From Candidatus Woesebacteria bacterium GW2011_GWF1_31_35 (lineage in GTDB: Bacteria > Patescibacteriota > Microgenomatia > UBA8517), in contig CP011214.1 in NCBI GenBank assembly GCA_001029755.1, positions 65,754 to 129,753 on the forward strand: a stretch of 64,000 nt of DNA. Direction: 5' to 3'. Both the position numbers and the translations under genes were made by a program. A model generated the notes under the pieces. The model was not told the DNA's origin, did not search any database, and worked only from the letters and a program-made list of their open reading frames with translations. Shown piece after piece: positions 1 to 9,809 of the stretch. Position 1 is the first letter of the stretch. Each line of letters begins with the position of its first letter.

Positions 1-1477
1 TGAAGATACAGGTGGCATTCGTTGGTGTTGTGCCAGAAGCAACAACTGCAGTAGCAGTAGCACTATTAAAAGTACAGTTTGTACCAGATCCTGAATCAAA
101 TTCATATCCAAATACAGACGATTCAACTATAGAATGGCTTCCATTGGTAACATTAATGAATAAGACCTGACCACTAACATCTGTTGCTATGGTTGTTGTA
201 CCATCTAAAGTAAATGACCATTCTCCTATATTTGCATTGCTTTCAAAAATACCATTACCATCTCTATCCACCATCTTTGAAACGGTAATATCTGGTAATT
301 CAATTACTTGATTAGCAGGTACAGGAACATTTTGTTGTCCAGTTTGTTCAACCGCACCACCAGCAGGATTTAGCCTACTGTGTTGGGAAGATCCATTACA
401 TTGTCCTGCTTCATTTGAGAGTTTTAATTGATAATTTACTTCACCTTCGCCATCACTAGAACCAGATATATCAAGAGTAACCACCCATTCACCTCCTGTG
501 GCGGTTGGACCACTTACTTTTGTAATCGATGGAGTTGTGCCTGAAACATTATTTATTGATCCTAATTCGAAATAATTGTCAAAAAATAAACAAACTCCAT
601 CATCTTGACTAAATTGTATTTCAAGCTGTCCGCTTGCAGGAGAATTTTCAACTTTCGTGTTAAACCGAAAATTAATAGTTTGTCCCTCGGAATAGGAGGT
701 TATATTTCCAGCCGTCCATGAACCATCAGATTTTTGGCCCTCATGACTTTTAGCAGTAATCTTTGGTACACTATCCGTAAAAGTAACACTCGAAATAATT
801 ACACCTCCGCTTTTAACCTCAACTTTATAATCAGGTCTATAGGTTCCATCTAGCTGATAAGGATAAAATAAACCACCCGATTCATCTGAAGTTACTTTAT
901 CACTAAATTTAAAATTTCCTGTAGTTGAAGTTATTTCAATTGTATATTCTTTATTTGGAACAAAACCATTTCCAGTAATTAAAGCTGTGTCTGTTGGAGC
1001 ATAATCTGCCTTATCTGTTATTAATGTTGCACTTCCATCTTGTTGAATTGAAAAATCAAATTCATTAAGTGAAGTAGATTTTGTGTTATCTAAGATAATA
1101 GCATCAAGTTCTACATTTTCAGTTGTTACTGCTTTAACTTCTGGGGATGGAGAAGTAGTAGATGATGGTGAGGAACCTGTCGGTTCGTTTGTTTGAACTT
1201 GCTCTTCTTGTGTTTGTTGTGTTGGTTCTTGTGTTGGATTTTCTGTTGGTAAAATTGTTTCTCCTGGCACTTTAGTTGGTTCTGTTGTTGCTGAAATAGT
1301 TGCTTCTACTGTTGGTTCAGCTGATGGGCTTGCTGTTTCTTCAATGGTAGTAGGAGTAGGTTCAGAAGTTGGGGAAGCTTCTTGTGCCAATACTGCTAAT
1401 GGAGTAAAAAGAGAATTAAACAGCAAAGAAAACGTCGAAATAGCAGAAACCAAGCGTCTTAATAACTTCTCTTTCAT
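1..1477 (-). CDS. large secreted surface protein, N-terminal portion (C-terminus runs off the window start)
   Basis: Minus-strand ATG at 1477..1475 is followed by a signal-peptide-like N-terminus (MKEKLLRRLVSAISTFSLLFNSLFTPLAVLA). A Thr/Pro/Glu-rich linker and beta-rich repeats follow (e.g. MVDRDGNGIFESNANIGEWSFTLDG, SdrD-B/prealbumin-like in character). The frame stays open to position 1. It is absent from the ORF track because no stop lies inside the window. Confidence 0.5.
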   Translation of the reverse strand, partial: MKEKLLRRLVSAISTFSLLFNSLFTPLAVLAQEASPTSEPTPTTIEETASPSAEPTVEATISATTEPTKVPGETILPTENPTQEPTQQTQEEQVQTNEPTGSSPSSTTSPSPEVKAVTTENVELDAIILDNTKSTSLNEFDFSIQQDGSATLITDKADYAPTDTALITGNGFVPNKEYTIEITSTTGNFKFSDKVTSDESGGLFYPYQLDGTYRPDYKVEVKSGGVIISSVTFTDSVPKITAKSHEGQKSDGSWTAGNITSYSEGQTINFRFNTKVENSPASGQLEIQFSQDDGVCLFFDNYFELGSINNVSGTTPSITKVSGPTATGGEWVVTLDISGSSDGEGEVNYQLKLSNEAGQCNGSSQHSRLNPAGGAVEQTGQQNVPVPANQVIELPDITVSKMVDRDGNGIFESNANIGEWSFTLDGTTTIATDVSGQVLFINVTNGSHSIVESSVFGYEFDSGSGTNCTFNSATATAVVASGTTPTNATCIF

Positions 1478-1524
1478 TTTTTATCGGGCAATACCCGTGT
1501 TATATCATTTTACTATGAGTAAAG

Positions 1525-2151
1525 TCAAATTTTATTTGCTATTACAATTAACCTTTTTAAAGTTGTTCCTGGAGGATAACAAGTTTGAAGTGTTAAAGTT
1601 TCTGTATCTTTTAATTTTTTTAAATATTTTGTATCAGTAGCTACTACAACTTTTACTTCATCAACACTATATTTATATAAAACTTCTTTATAATAAACAT
1701 CAATTTCATCACCCTTTTTAAGTTTTCCTAAAAGGTAAAAAACAGCATTATAATTTCCAACATTATAAAAACTATCAGTAGAATGAGCAAAAATATAAAC
1801 ATTTCCTCCTTCACCAGGAAGTGATGAACCTTTAGCATGTGCAACTCCTTTTTTTAAAACTGGTATAAAAATATTTCTATTAAATGGATCCACATTTTTA
1901 AAAACTGGAGCTACGGCATCTATTTTTGGAATTACAATTGAAAAATCTTTATTTGGTGGTTCAATTTGTTTATTTTCTGTAACATTTCTTTTTGTATTAA
2001 TTTGATAATTTAATTCTTCTTTAAAAACTGGGTAGAAAATTAAATAAATAATAATTAGAGAAACAATAATTAGCAAATTCCCTATAAACTTATATAAATT
2101 ATAATTTTTACTAAAAATCTTTTTACTACTTTTATTACTTTTGGTAGCCAT
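1525..2151 (-). CDS. sortase family transpeptidase
   Basis: The C-terminal TLQTCYP motif is the sortase TLxTC catalytic-Cys signature, and an N-terminal TM anchor is present. The start was moved to the MATKSNK methionine to limit overlap with galE. The ORF track gives 1525..2187. Confidence 0.7.
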   Translation of the reverse strand: MATKSNKSSKKIFSKNYNLYKFIGNLLIIVSLIIIYLIFYPVFKEELNYQINTKRNVTENKQIEPPNKDFSIVIPKIDAVAPVFKNVDPFNRNIFIPVLKKGVAHAKGSSLPGEGGNVYIFAHSTDSFYNVGNYNAVFYLLGKLKKGDEIDVYYKEVLYKYSVDEVKVVVATDTKYLKKLKDTETLTLQTCYPPGTTLKRLIVIANKI

Positions 2152-3118
2152 TAGGATGAAGTTTATGCCAAGCAAAGGCTGTCTCAATAATTTTTGTTAA
2201 ATCATACTTAGGATTCCAACCTAAAACTTTTTTGATTTTGGTATTAGATGCAAAAAGTGCATTTGCATCTCCTTCTCTTCTTGGCCCAAATTTAACATTT
2301 ACTTTTAAATTTCCAAATCTTTCAACTTCCTGAATTACTTCTTTATTAGAATATCCTCTTCCAATTCCCATGTTATAGACATTACTTTCATTTTTTTCTT
2401 CTAATGATTTCAAAGCCAATGCGTGTGCATCTACTAAATCCAAAACATGTACATAGTCTCTAATACATGTACCATCAGTAGTTTCATAATCATTGCCAAA
2501 TATTTCTACTTCTTCATTTTTTAATGCTTTAATTATTATGTTTGGAATCAAATGACTTTCTTCAGGATGTGCTTCACCTATTGACCCATCTAGTGCTGCA
2601 CCTGCTGCATTAAAATATCTTAAAGAAATAAATTTGACTCCATATGCGCTGTCATAATCTTCTAACATTCTTTCCATTACGTATTTTGTTTCACCATATG
2701 GATTGAGTGGATTTTTAGGATCTGTTTCTTCAACTGGAAGTTTAATTGGATTACCATAAACTCCTGCAGAAGAAGAAAGAACTAATTTTTTACAATTACT
2801 TTCAACCATTACATCTAAAAGATTTAAAAATCCAATTACATTATTTTTGTAATACTTTGATGGATTAATAAAAGACTCTCCCATTTGAATAAAACTTGCC
2901 ATATGAACTACTGCGTCAAACTTTTCTGTTTGAAAAAGAGAAAATACTTTTTCTTTTTCCGTAACCAAATCAATTACCTTTAAATCAAAACCTTCAACGG
3001 CTTCTTTATGACCACAAGAAAGATTATCTAAAATCATTACTTCATGTCCATCACTTTTCAGTTTTCTAACCATGAAAGAACCAATATATCCTGCTCCACC
3101 TGTAACTAAAATTTTCAT
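2135..3118 (-). CDS. galE: UDP-glucose 4-epimerase (NAD-dependent epimerase/dehydratase)
   Basis: The N-terminal Rossmann motif MKILVTGGAGYIGS and GalE-like length and motifs are present (YNAAGA, catalytic Y-x3-K region). Confidence 0.8.
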   Translation of the reverse strand: MKILVTGGAGYIGSFMVRKLKSDGHEVMILDNLSCGHKEAVEGFDLKVIDLVTEKEKVFSLFQTEKFDAVVHMASFIQMGESFINPSKYYKNNVIGFLNLLDVMVESNCKKLVLSSSAGVYGNPIKLPVEETDPKNPLNPYGETKYVMERMLEDYDSAYGVKFISLRYFNAAGAALDGSIGEAHPEESHLIPNIIIKALKNEEVEIFGNDYETTDGTCIRDYVHVLDLVDAHALALKSLEEKNESNVYNMGIGRGYSNKEVIQEVERFGNLKVNVKFGPRREGDANALFASNTKIKKVLGWNPKYDLTKIIETAFAWHKLHPNGYQK

Positions 3119-3122
3119 ATTT

Positions 3123-3530
3123 TTATTTTAAATCAAATCTATTTGCAACTTCCTTTATTTTTTTTGGCATTTTAGAAATATTTCCCACAAGCCCAAATAC
3201 AAAAACCCCAGCCCCTATTGTATCAATAATAACATCCCTTAAATGAGGCTCTCTTCCTGGAGTAAAAGATTGATGAAATTCATCAGTTAATCCATATAAG
3301 AAAGCTATCAAAATTGAAAGCCATATTGCTTTTTTCTTTTCAATATCTGAATTAACCATTGCCCTATAGAGAAGAGTAGCTAAAATTCCATATTCAATTA
3401 CATGGGCTGTTTTTTTGATAATAAAATCTTTCCAATAAATTTCAGTTGCAGTTCCTACCTTAAAAGATGAAAAGGAAAAAATAACTAAACCCCAGAGGAT
3501 TGGGGGTAGCCAAAACTTAAGTATTTTCAT
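3123..3530 (-). CDS. VanZ-like family membrane protein
   Basis: A 135-aa polytopic membrane protein with VanZ-like composition (WKDFIIKKTAHVIEYGILA...DEFHQSF). Confidence 0.45.
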   Translation of the reverse strand: MKILKFWLPPILWGLVIFSFSSFKVGTATEIYWKDFIIKKTAHVIEYGILATLLYRAMVNSDIEKKKAIWLSILIAFLYGLTDEFHQSFTPGREPHLRDVIIDTIGAGVFVFGLVGNISKMPKKIKEVANRFDLK

Positions 3531-4347
3531 TACTACTATTATATTCTGTTTTCATTTTTTTATACAAATTTACTCCACCAACAGCTAATAACAATAATCC
3601 AGCAGCAATTAGAAAAATTGCAATAATTGGAGGTTTTAAAGTTGTTGATGCTCCTGCAACCATTCCTTCAGGAGTAGATCTATTGCTATTTTGACTAATT
3701 AGTGTTGGCATATTTGTAAAAGTTTCTTCTGTAGTTTCTGTAGGGCTTGGAATTGGTTTTATTGTTGGAGTTTTTGTTGGAGTTGGTTTAGGGGTTGGTG
3801 AAACGGTTGGAATAGTTGTTGGTGTCTTTGTTGGGGTAGAAGTTGGTTCTTGTGTAGGAACTTGTGTTGGTGATGGAGAAGAAGATGGAGTTGGTAATAA
3901 AATTATTATGGCAATTTCAGGTTTTAAAGTATCAACTGTACAAGTCGATCTAAACCTGTGTGCTTTGAGAATATGGTCACCATTAACAACATCTACGTCA
4001 CTACCAATTTTAAAATCGATAACATAAGTTCCATCAGAACTAATTTTCAAATATTTTGAACAAGTTTTATTAATTTCATCTCCACTTAGCGAGACTAGTT
4101 TTATCCAATCTATTCCGACTTTATTATACCCAACATAGCTACCGCCTTCGTCTATTCCAATTCTAAAATACGAATCTCCATTCGGTAAATCTGAAACCAC
4201 TAAAGTTGCAGAAACAACCTGTTCTTTATCAAAAATGGTTGAATTGGATATATTATCAATTGTGAATGAAAATGCTGCATTGATTTTTTGAGGGAAAATT
4301 AAAAAAATTAGAAAAGTTAAAAAAATATATTTTATTTTACTGGGCAT
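3517..4347 (-). CDS. secreted cell-surface protein with a Pro/Thr-rich stalk and C-terminal membrane anchor
   Basis: It has an N-terminal signal peptide, a beta-rich domain, a long PT-rich low-complexity linker (SPSPTQVPTQEPTSTPTKTPTT...), and a C-terminal hydrophobic segment followed by a KKMK tail. No LPXTG-type motif was seen. Confidence 0.45.
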   Translation of the reverse strand: MPSKIKYIFLTFLIFLIFPQKINAAFSFTIDNISNSTIFDKEQVVSATLVVSDLPNGDSYFRIGIDEGGSYVGYNKVGIDWIKLVSLSGDEINKTCSKYLKISSDGTYVIDFKIGSDVDVVNGDHILKAHRFRSTCTVDTLKPEIAIIILLPTPSSSPSPTQVPTQEPTSTPTKTPTTIPTVSPTPKPTPTKTPTIKPIPSPTETTEETFTNMPTLISQNSNRSTPEGMVAGASTTLKPPIIAIFLIAAGLLLLAVGGVNLYKKMKTEYNSSNENT

Positions 4348-4364
4348 GTAAATAGAAACTTAAT

Positions 4365-5474
4365 TTAATAATTTATATGTAAATAGTATGTATCGTATCC
4401 ATCATCCTGTTTTACCCTAACGTATCTTAATGTTCCCCCACCACAAGCAATTGCTCCTTTATATAAAACTCCTGGTTTTACAGCTTTCACTGTATAGTCA
4501 GAAATATTTATCATATCTACTCCAGTATGTGGGGCTCCGTTATAATAATTTAATTTTGCAGCATAATACGTCATTCCATATCCTTGTGTTATCCTAATAG
4601 GTTCATTTATGGGCCATTGCCACGAACCCGTAAATGAAAATGGACTATCAGGTGAGTTGTCCCAGATTACAGATCTGGAAGACAAAAAGCTTGCAGGATT
4701 TTGATGATTTTTATCTTTCACTACTTCAAAGTGAAGATGTCCACCAGAAGAACATGGAGAGGCACCTGATATTATACTTGCAATCCGAGATCCTTCATCT
4801 ATCTTTCCTGATTCAATTTCTTGACCTCTACCAACTAAAATGGACTGTATAGCCTCAAGTTCTGCTCTAGCTTTTGCAAGTAGTGATTGATATTTCTTTT
4901 CATCATTTTTGGTAATTTCTAATAGTTTTGCTTTTGATAACTTTTGAGAATTTAATTGTTTTTGTTGAGTTTCTAATTTAGCTTGTAAATCTTCTTGAGA
5001 AACTTTTTCTTCTTTATAGGTATCCTGCACTTTTTGTAATCTTTGGAGTAAACCTTTATCAGCCTCTTGAATCTTTTTTAGATAAGAATATCTTGAAAAC
5101 ACTTCACTTAAGTTAGATGAAGATATTAAAAGGAAAAATGGGTCTCCAACTCTTCCCATTTTATAAGTTTCAACTACTCTTTCCGAATAAGCACTCGTTA
5201 ATGATCCTAAAGAACCTTCTAATTGATCAATTCTTCCAGAAAGTAGTGAGATTTGTTCCTCCGTTTGAGTAATCTTTAATGTGGTCAGTCTAATCTGTGC
5301 ATCAAATTGATAAATTTGACTTGAAAGGGTTTTTGAAGAATTACCAAGTTTAGTTAAGTTTGATTCATAACAAGAAATTCTTTGATTTAAATCTCCTGTA
5401 CATTCTTGGGCTTTTACACCAAAGGTAAAAAATGCCAACAATGTTAAAAACAAAGAAAAAAAGAATGCTCTCAT
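4365..5474 (-). CDS. M23 family metallopeptidase with N-terminal coiled coil (EnvC/PcsB-like FtsEX partner)
   Basis: It has a signal peptide and a long coiled-coil region. The C-terminal LytM/M23 domain keeps HxH (GGHLHFEV) and a downstream His, so it appears catalytically intact. It lies immediately downstream of ftsE-ftsX. Confidence 0.75.
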   Translation of the reverse strand: MRAFFFSLFLTLLAFFTFGVKAQECTGDLNQRISCYESNLTKLGNSSKTLSSQIYQFDAQIRLTTLKITQTEEQISLLSGRIDQLEGSLGSLTSAYSERVVETYKMGRVGDPFFLLISSSNLSEVFSRYSYLKKIQEADKGLLQRLQKVQDTYKEEKVSQEDLQAKLETQQKQLNSQKLSKAKLLEITKNDEKKYQSLLAKARAELEAIQSILVGRGQEIESGKIDEGSRIASIISGASPCSSGGHLHFEVVKDKNHQNPASFLSSRSVIWDNSPDSPFSFTGSWQWPINEPIRITQGYGMTYYAAKLNYYNGAPHTGVDMINISDYTVKAVKPGVLYKGAIACGGGTLRYVRVKQDDGYDTYYLHINY

Positions 5475-6388
5475 TTTGCTTTTTTAAGAGATCTCTTAAC
5501 AGCAACTAAACTTCCCACTAAAGCTAAAGTAAAACCTACTAAAGTTTCGGTTCCTAAAATTATTGCAAACAATAAGAAATAAGTTATAGGACTCTTGGGA
5601 AGTATTGGAATTTCACCAAAATATGAAATAAGTGATGGAGAAACATAAAGCCACATTATAAAAGATGTCGTCCAACCAATTGCAACTCCTAGAATCGCAT
5701 AGATAATTCCTTCTAATACAATTGGACTACTAACAAACTTTGGTGTTGCTCCAATTAAACTTAATATTTCAATTTCCCCTTTTCTTGAAGTCATTCTCAT
5801 ACTAATAATTACTAGTAAAACCAAAAATGATGTGGCAGCTAATACTCCTACAAACACAATTCCCCCAAGTCTTAAATAATAACTTATCGTTTTTAGTCTT
5901 GTTACAACATCCCCTAGCGATTTCTCTCCTCCCAAATTAGCAGTAAAACCAACTTGGTCAACAATTGCCTCACTCCTTACTTCTTCTATTATTTTTTCAG
6001 CTAGTTTTAAATCAGTCACAGAAAATTCAAGTGATGCAGGAAAAATGGATGGAGACACAAGTTCTGCTAGTTGTGGGTTATCTTCTGTTGCTTTTTTGTA
6101 AATTGCTAAAGCTTCTTCTTTAGGAACAAATTTTACATCTTTAATGCGAATATCAATTGCAAGTTTATTTTGTAAGGCTGAAATTCCATCGGCTTTAGCA
6201 TCATCTTTTAAAAATGCAATTATCTGAGGTCTTGTTTCAAAATATGAAAGAGATTTATTTGATGCATAGACTAAAATTGCGACAGTAGTTGCAACAAAAA
6301 AAGTTAGGGCTAAAACAAAAATTGCAGACACAGCTTGAAACGGAGATCTTTTTATGGCTTCAATTGCAGTTTTGGTATGTATACTCAT
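5471..6388 (-). CDS. ftsX: cell division ABC transporter permease FtsX
   Basis: It has four TM helices, a large periplasmic loop and a C-terminal FtsX fold. There is a 4-nt overlap with the upstream ftsE-side gene order. Confidence 0.8.
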   Translation of the reverse strand: MSIHTKTAIEAIKRSPFQAVSAIFVLALTFFVATTVAILVYASNKSLSYFETRPQIIAFLKDDAKADGISALQNKLAIDIRIKDVKFVPKEEALAIYKKATEDNPQLAELVSPSIFPASLEFSVTDLKLAEKIIEEVRSEAIVDQVGFTANLGGEKSLGDVVTRLKTISYYLRLGGIVFVGVLAATSFLVLLVIISMRMTSRKGEIEILSLIGATPKFVSSPIVLEGIIYAILGVAIGWTTSFIMWLYVSPSLISYFGEIPILPKSPITYFLLFAIILGTETLVGFTLALVGSLVAVKRSLKKAK

Positions 6389-7033
6389 CTATACTTTTCC
6401 TTCCTTTAATTCTACACTTCTATGTTTACTATGTTTAATTAAACCTTGATGATGTGTTGCCATTATTATAGTTTTACCTTCTTTATTAATTTTTTCCAAT
6501 AGTTCCATTATTCCTGCTGCTGTATCCCAATCTAGGTTTCCAGTAGGTTCATCAGCTAAGATTAATTTAGGATTTACTACCAAAGCTCTTGCAAGTGATA
6601 CTCTTTGTAATTCCCCACCTGAAAGTTGAGATGGAAAAAGATTTGCTCTTTTAGAAAGGCCAACCAGTTTTAATACATGATCAACTCTTTTTTCCCACTC
6701 ATTTTCCTCAACTCCAGTTACAGCTAATGCAACTTCCACGTTTTCAGCTACAGTTCTTTCAGGTAATACTTTAAAATCTTGAAAAACTATCCCAATTTTT
6801 TGTCTTAGAAGTGGAACATCTTTTTCTTTAATTTGAGTTATATCCTCTTTATCAAAATAAACTTTTCCCGAATCAGGTAAATATTCCCTTAAAATCATCT
6901 TTAAAATTGTTGTTTTACCGGCTCCTGAAGGTCCTGTTAAAAAAACAAACTCTCCTTCTTTAATTTCAAAAGAAACATTTGATAGAGCTACGATTGAACC
7001 GAAGGATTTTGATACATTTTCGAATTTGATCAT
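6389..7033 (-). CDS. ftsE: cell division ATP-binding protein FtsE
   Basis: Walker A GPSGAGKTT, ABC signature LSGGELQR and Walker B ILADEPTGNLD are present. Confidence 0.9.
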   Translation of the reverse strand: MIKFENVSKSFGSIVALSNVSFEIKEGEFVFLTGPSGAGKTTILKMILREYLPDSGKVYFDKEDITQIKEKDVPLLRQKIGIVFQDFKVLPERTVAENVEVALAVTGVEENEWEKRVDHVLKLVGLSKRANLFPSQLSGGELQRVSLARALVVNPKLILADEPTGNLDWDTAAGIMELLEKINKEGKTIIMATHHQGLIKHSKHRSVELKEGKV

Positions 7034-7060
7034 ATAGTAAGGTTACTATATGAAAAGAAG

Positions 7061-7528
7061 TTAATCCACTACTTTGATTTTACCAACATCAATAAGCCAG
7101 CCTGCTTTTTTACCTGAAACAGTTTCTCCCCAAATTTGAACTTTTTTACCTACAAATGGACCCATATCAATAACTGATGAAGTAAGATATGCATACTGGC
7201 TAGGTCCACTTCCACGCACCAAATGATACATTCCTTCTCCACCAATTCCACCTTCAGTTAATACTCCGTCTGTAGTTGTACTAAATTTTGATTCATCGGC
7301 AATTCCTGCTTCATTTTCTGTAACTTTTATACTATCTCCAGATTTAATTAATTTTCCTCCACCCTTAACTCCAGAGAAAAGATATCCAGTTCCAATTCCT
7401 GCAAGAACTACTAGTACAGAAACTACACCTAAAATTAAATTTTTCTTTCCTGAGGTAGGATTACTAAATTTTCTAACAACAGAAGGAGCTACTTGTGGTT
7501 TTGGTTGTGGTTCAAGTACTTCTTGCAT
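7061..7528 (-). CDS. hypothetical membrane-anchored protein
   Basis: It has a single TM (ILGVVSVLVVLAGIGTGYLF) followed by a Gly-rich soluble domain. The start was chosen at MQEVLEP because the longer ORF (to 7564) overlaps the prfB stop. Confidence 0.35.
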   Translation of the reverse strand: MQEVLEPQPKPQVAPSVVRKFSNPTSGKKNLILGVVSVLVVLAGIGTGYLFSGVKGGGKLIKSGDSIKVTENEAGIADESKFSTTTDGVLTEGGIGGEGMYHLVRGSGPSQYAYLTSSVIDMGPFVGKKVQIWGETVSGKKAGWLIDVGKIKVVD

Positions 7529-7550
7529 ACATATAAAGTTATCACATGGC

Positions 7551-8642
7551 CTAAATGACTGCAAGTTTCAATTCGGCCTCAATGAATTCATCTAAGTCTC
7601 CATCTAATATTGAATCGGGATTTCCTGATTCAACTTCAGTTCTTAAATCTTTAACCATTTTATAAGGATGTAGCACATAACTTCTTATTTGGTTTCCCCA
7701 AGAAGCTGGTCTATATTCTCCTCTTATATCTTTAGCTTCTTTTTCTTCCATTTCTTTTTGCCTAATCCAAAGTTTTCCACGAAGTAGCCCTAAAGCTATT
7801 TTTCTATTTTGTTCTTGAAACCTTTCAGTTCTAGCATTAATTACAATCCCAGTTGGAATATGAGTTAACCTTACTGCTGTTGATACTTTATTTACATTTT
7901 GCCCACCATGGCCTCCTGCTCTTGTAAACTGCCAATCCAAGTCTTCATCTTTAATCGAAACTTCAGGTAAATCAGTTGCATCAAGCTCAGGTAATACTTC
8001 AACTAAAACAAATGAAGTTTGTCTTAAATTATCTGCATTAAAAGGAGATTGTCTTACTAATCTATGTGTTCCAGCCTCGCCTTTAAGGTATCCATATGCA
8101 TAAGATCCTTTAACTGTAAATGTTACACTTTTTAAGCCTGCTTCCTCTCCTTGAGTTGAATCAAAAACTTCTGTCTCCCATTCTTTTTTCTCACAATATC
8201 TTAAATACATTCTAAAAATCATGCTTGTCCAGTCCATTGCCTCGGTTCCGCCTTGACCTGCATGAATTGTTATTGTTGCATTTTTAATATCATATGGACC
8301 AGATAGAAATGATTTTAGTTCTAATTTAGCTAAAACTTTTTCAGCTTTATTAATTTCTTTTTCAAAACTTTCTTCTAAAACTCCGGCATCTGATAATTCT
8401 TTTAATGTATGTATTGTCTCTGAAATTTGGTTAAATTCTGAAAGTTCATCTTTTAGATTTGATAAACTTTGAAGTACTTTTTTGGCTGCATCTTGATCAT
8501 CCCAAAGTTTTGGATCAGATGAATCTGCCTCAAATTGTTTTAAATCATTTTCTTTTTTAGAAAGATCTAAAACATTTTTAAGTTTTTCCAAACGATTATT
8601 TAAATTGTCTACTCTTACCTTGAAGTCATTCATTGAATGCAT
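7551..8642 (-). CDS. prfB: peptide chain release factor 2
   Basis: It has the GGQ motif (GGHGGQNVNKVSTAVRLTHIPTG), the SPF tripeptide (RQSPFNA) and an RF2-like length. The frame is contiguous with no +1 frameshift site. Confidence 0.9.
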   Translation of the reverse strand: MHSMNDFKVRVDNLNNRLEKLKNVLDLSKKENDLKQFEADSSDPKLWDDQDAAKKVLQSLSNLKDELSEFNQISETIHTLKELSDAGVLEESFEKEINKAEKVLAKLELKSFLSGPYDIKNATITIHAGQGGTEAMDWTSMIFRMYLRYCEKKEWETEVFDSTQGEEAGLKSVTFTVKGSYAYGYLKGEAGTHRLVRQSPFNADNLRQTSFVLVEVLPELDATDLPEVSIKDEDLDWQFTRAGGHGGQNVNKVSTAVRLTHIPTGIVINARTERFQEQNRKIALGLLRGKLWIRQKEMEEKEAKDIRGEYRPASWGNQIRSYVLHPYKMVKDLRTEVESGNPDSILDGDLDEFIEAELKLAVI

Positions 8643-9088
8643 ATTATAGCTTTTATTTTTTTAATTTCAGTAGGATTTAAACTTTGTAAGATTTCTATTG
8701 CATCTTTCGCGGTAGGAGTACTAAAAGCATTTGATTTAGGTATTTCATCAGTAATACCTAATACATTAATTAATTTACTTCTCCCTAAATCAAGAGCTGT
8801 TTTAATAGGTTTAGGAGCATTTTTCCATCCTAAAACTTCGGTTATTGCTGTTTTACCACCAATTAATAAAAAACCTTCAAGAAGTAATGCTAATAAAAAT
8901 CCAAAAAAAAGTCCTATAAGTCCTCCTTTTAAAGACCATTTAACAAAATGTTTTCTAAAACTAGCCATTGAGACAACCAAAAGAAAAAGTAAAACAATAA
9001 TTGCCCCCACTTTTATATAAGATGGGGCAAAAGAAATATTTGTGACAAATGATAAAACAGTACCCCACAAATTTTTTAATAAACTCAT
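8630..9088 (-). CDS. hypothetical membrane protein
   Basis: A 152-aa protein with several hydrophobic helices and no recognisable motif. Confidence 0.35.
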   Translation of the reverse strand: MSLLKNLWGTVLSFVTNISFAPSYIKVGAIIVLLFLLVVSMASFRKHFVKWSLKGGLIGLFFGFLLALLLEGFLLIGGKTAITEVLGWKNAPKPIKTALDLGRSKLINVLGITDEIPKSNAFSTPTAKDAIEILQSLNPTEIKKIKAIICIQ

Positions 9089-9113
9089 ATAGAATAATTA
9101 TACCCTAAAAACT

Positions 9114-9773
9114 TTAAGGATTTGTTGTTGGAGAGGAAGAAGGTGAAGCTGTTGCACTAGGTTTTGGTGATGCTGTTCCTGATGCTTTTGGAGTTGCCGT
9201 TGTTGATGGTTTAGAAGTTTGTGTCCCTCTTAAACCAGTTACTATTAATATATCTACAGTTTGAGTTGAAGATGTTTTTACATTTACTGTCTTATAAATT
9301 TTCTCTAACTCTTTTTTAATCTCATCCTGAACAGTTTGAGGAGTAGTTTTTAAAAATGTCACTGTCGTTTCAGTATTATCAGTTGAACTAGCATTTCCAA
9401 CTTTAATATCAGAATAACCTAAAACTTTTAATTTTTCTTGTAAATAAGCTGCTTCTCCAGTTATTCCTGTTCCATTTTGAATTTCAATTGAAATTTCACT
9501 CTTTTTTACAGGAGCAGGAGTATTTGTAGGAAGAGGGGTTGAGGTTTCTTCATTTGTTACCTCAAAGGATGGAGTAGGAGTAGCTTCTTCTTTGTTACTT
9601 GATCTTGTAAAGAAAAATATCCCTGCACCACCCAAAATTAAAAGACCTATAAAAATTAATAACCATTTGGATTTACCACCCTTTGATTGAGGTTCGACGG
9701 TATAGCTAGTAGGCTGAGGTGGAGTGACTTGATTAACTTCATTAACTTCGGTTTGATTTTGTGTTTCTTCCAT
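9114..9773 (-). CDS. membrane-anchored LytR_C (LytR/CpsA/Psr C-terminal) domain protein
   Basis: It has an N-terminal TM, a PT-rich linker and a C-terminal LytR_C-like block (IEIQNGTGITGEAAYLQEKLKVLGYSDIKVGNAS...DILIVTG). Confidence 0.5.
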   Translation of the reverse strand: MEETQNQTEVNEVNQVTPPQPTSYTVEPQSKGGKSKWLLIFIGLLILGGAGIFFFTRSSNKEEATPTPSFEVTNEETSTPLPTNTPAPVKKSEISIEIQNGTGITGEAAYLQEKLKVLGYSDIKVGNASSTDNTETTVTFLKTTPQTVQDEIKKELEKIYKTVNVKTSSTQTVDILIVTGLRGTQTSKPSTTATPKASGTASPKPSATASPSSSPTTNP

Positions 9774-9809
9774 TGTGGTTCGGAGTATATCTACATTATA
9801 TATAGGATG

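Noticed and set aside
1344-1640. A 98-aa plus-strand ORF.
   Set aside because: It lies antisense to the well-supported N-terminus of the large surface protein and the sortase 3' end and has no motif.
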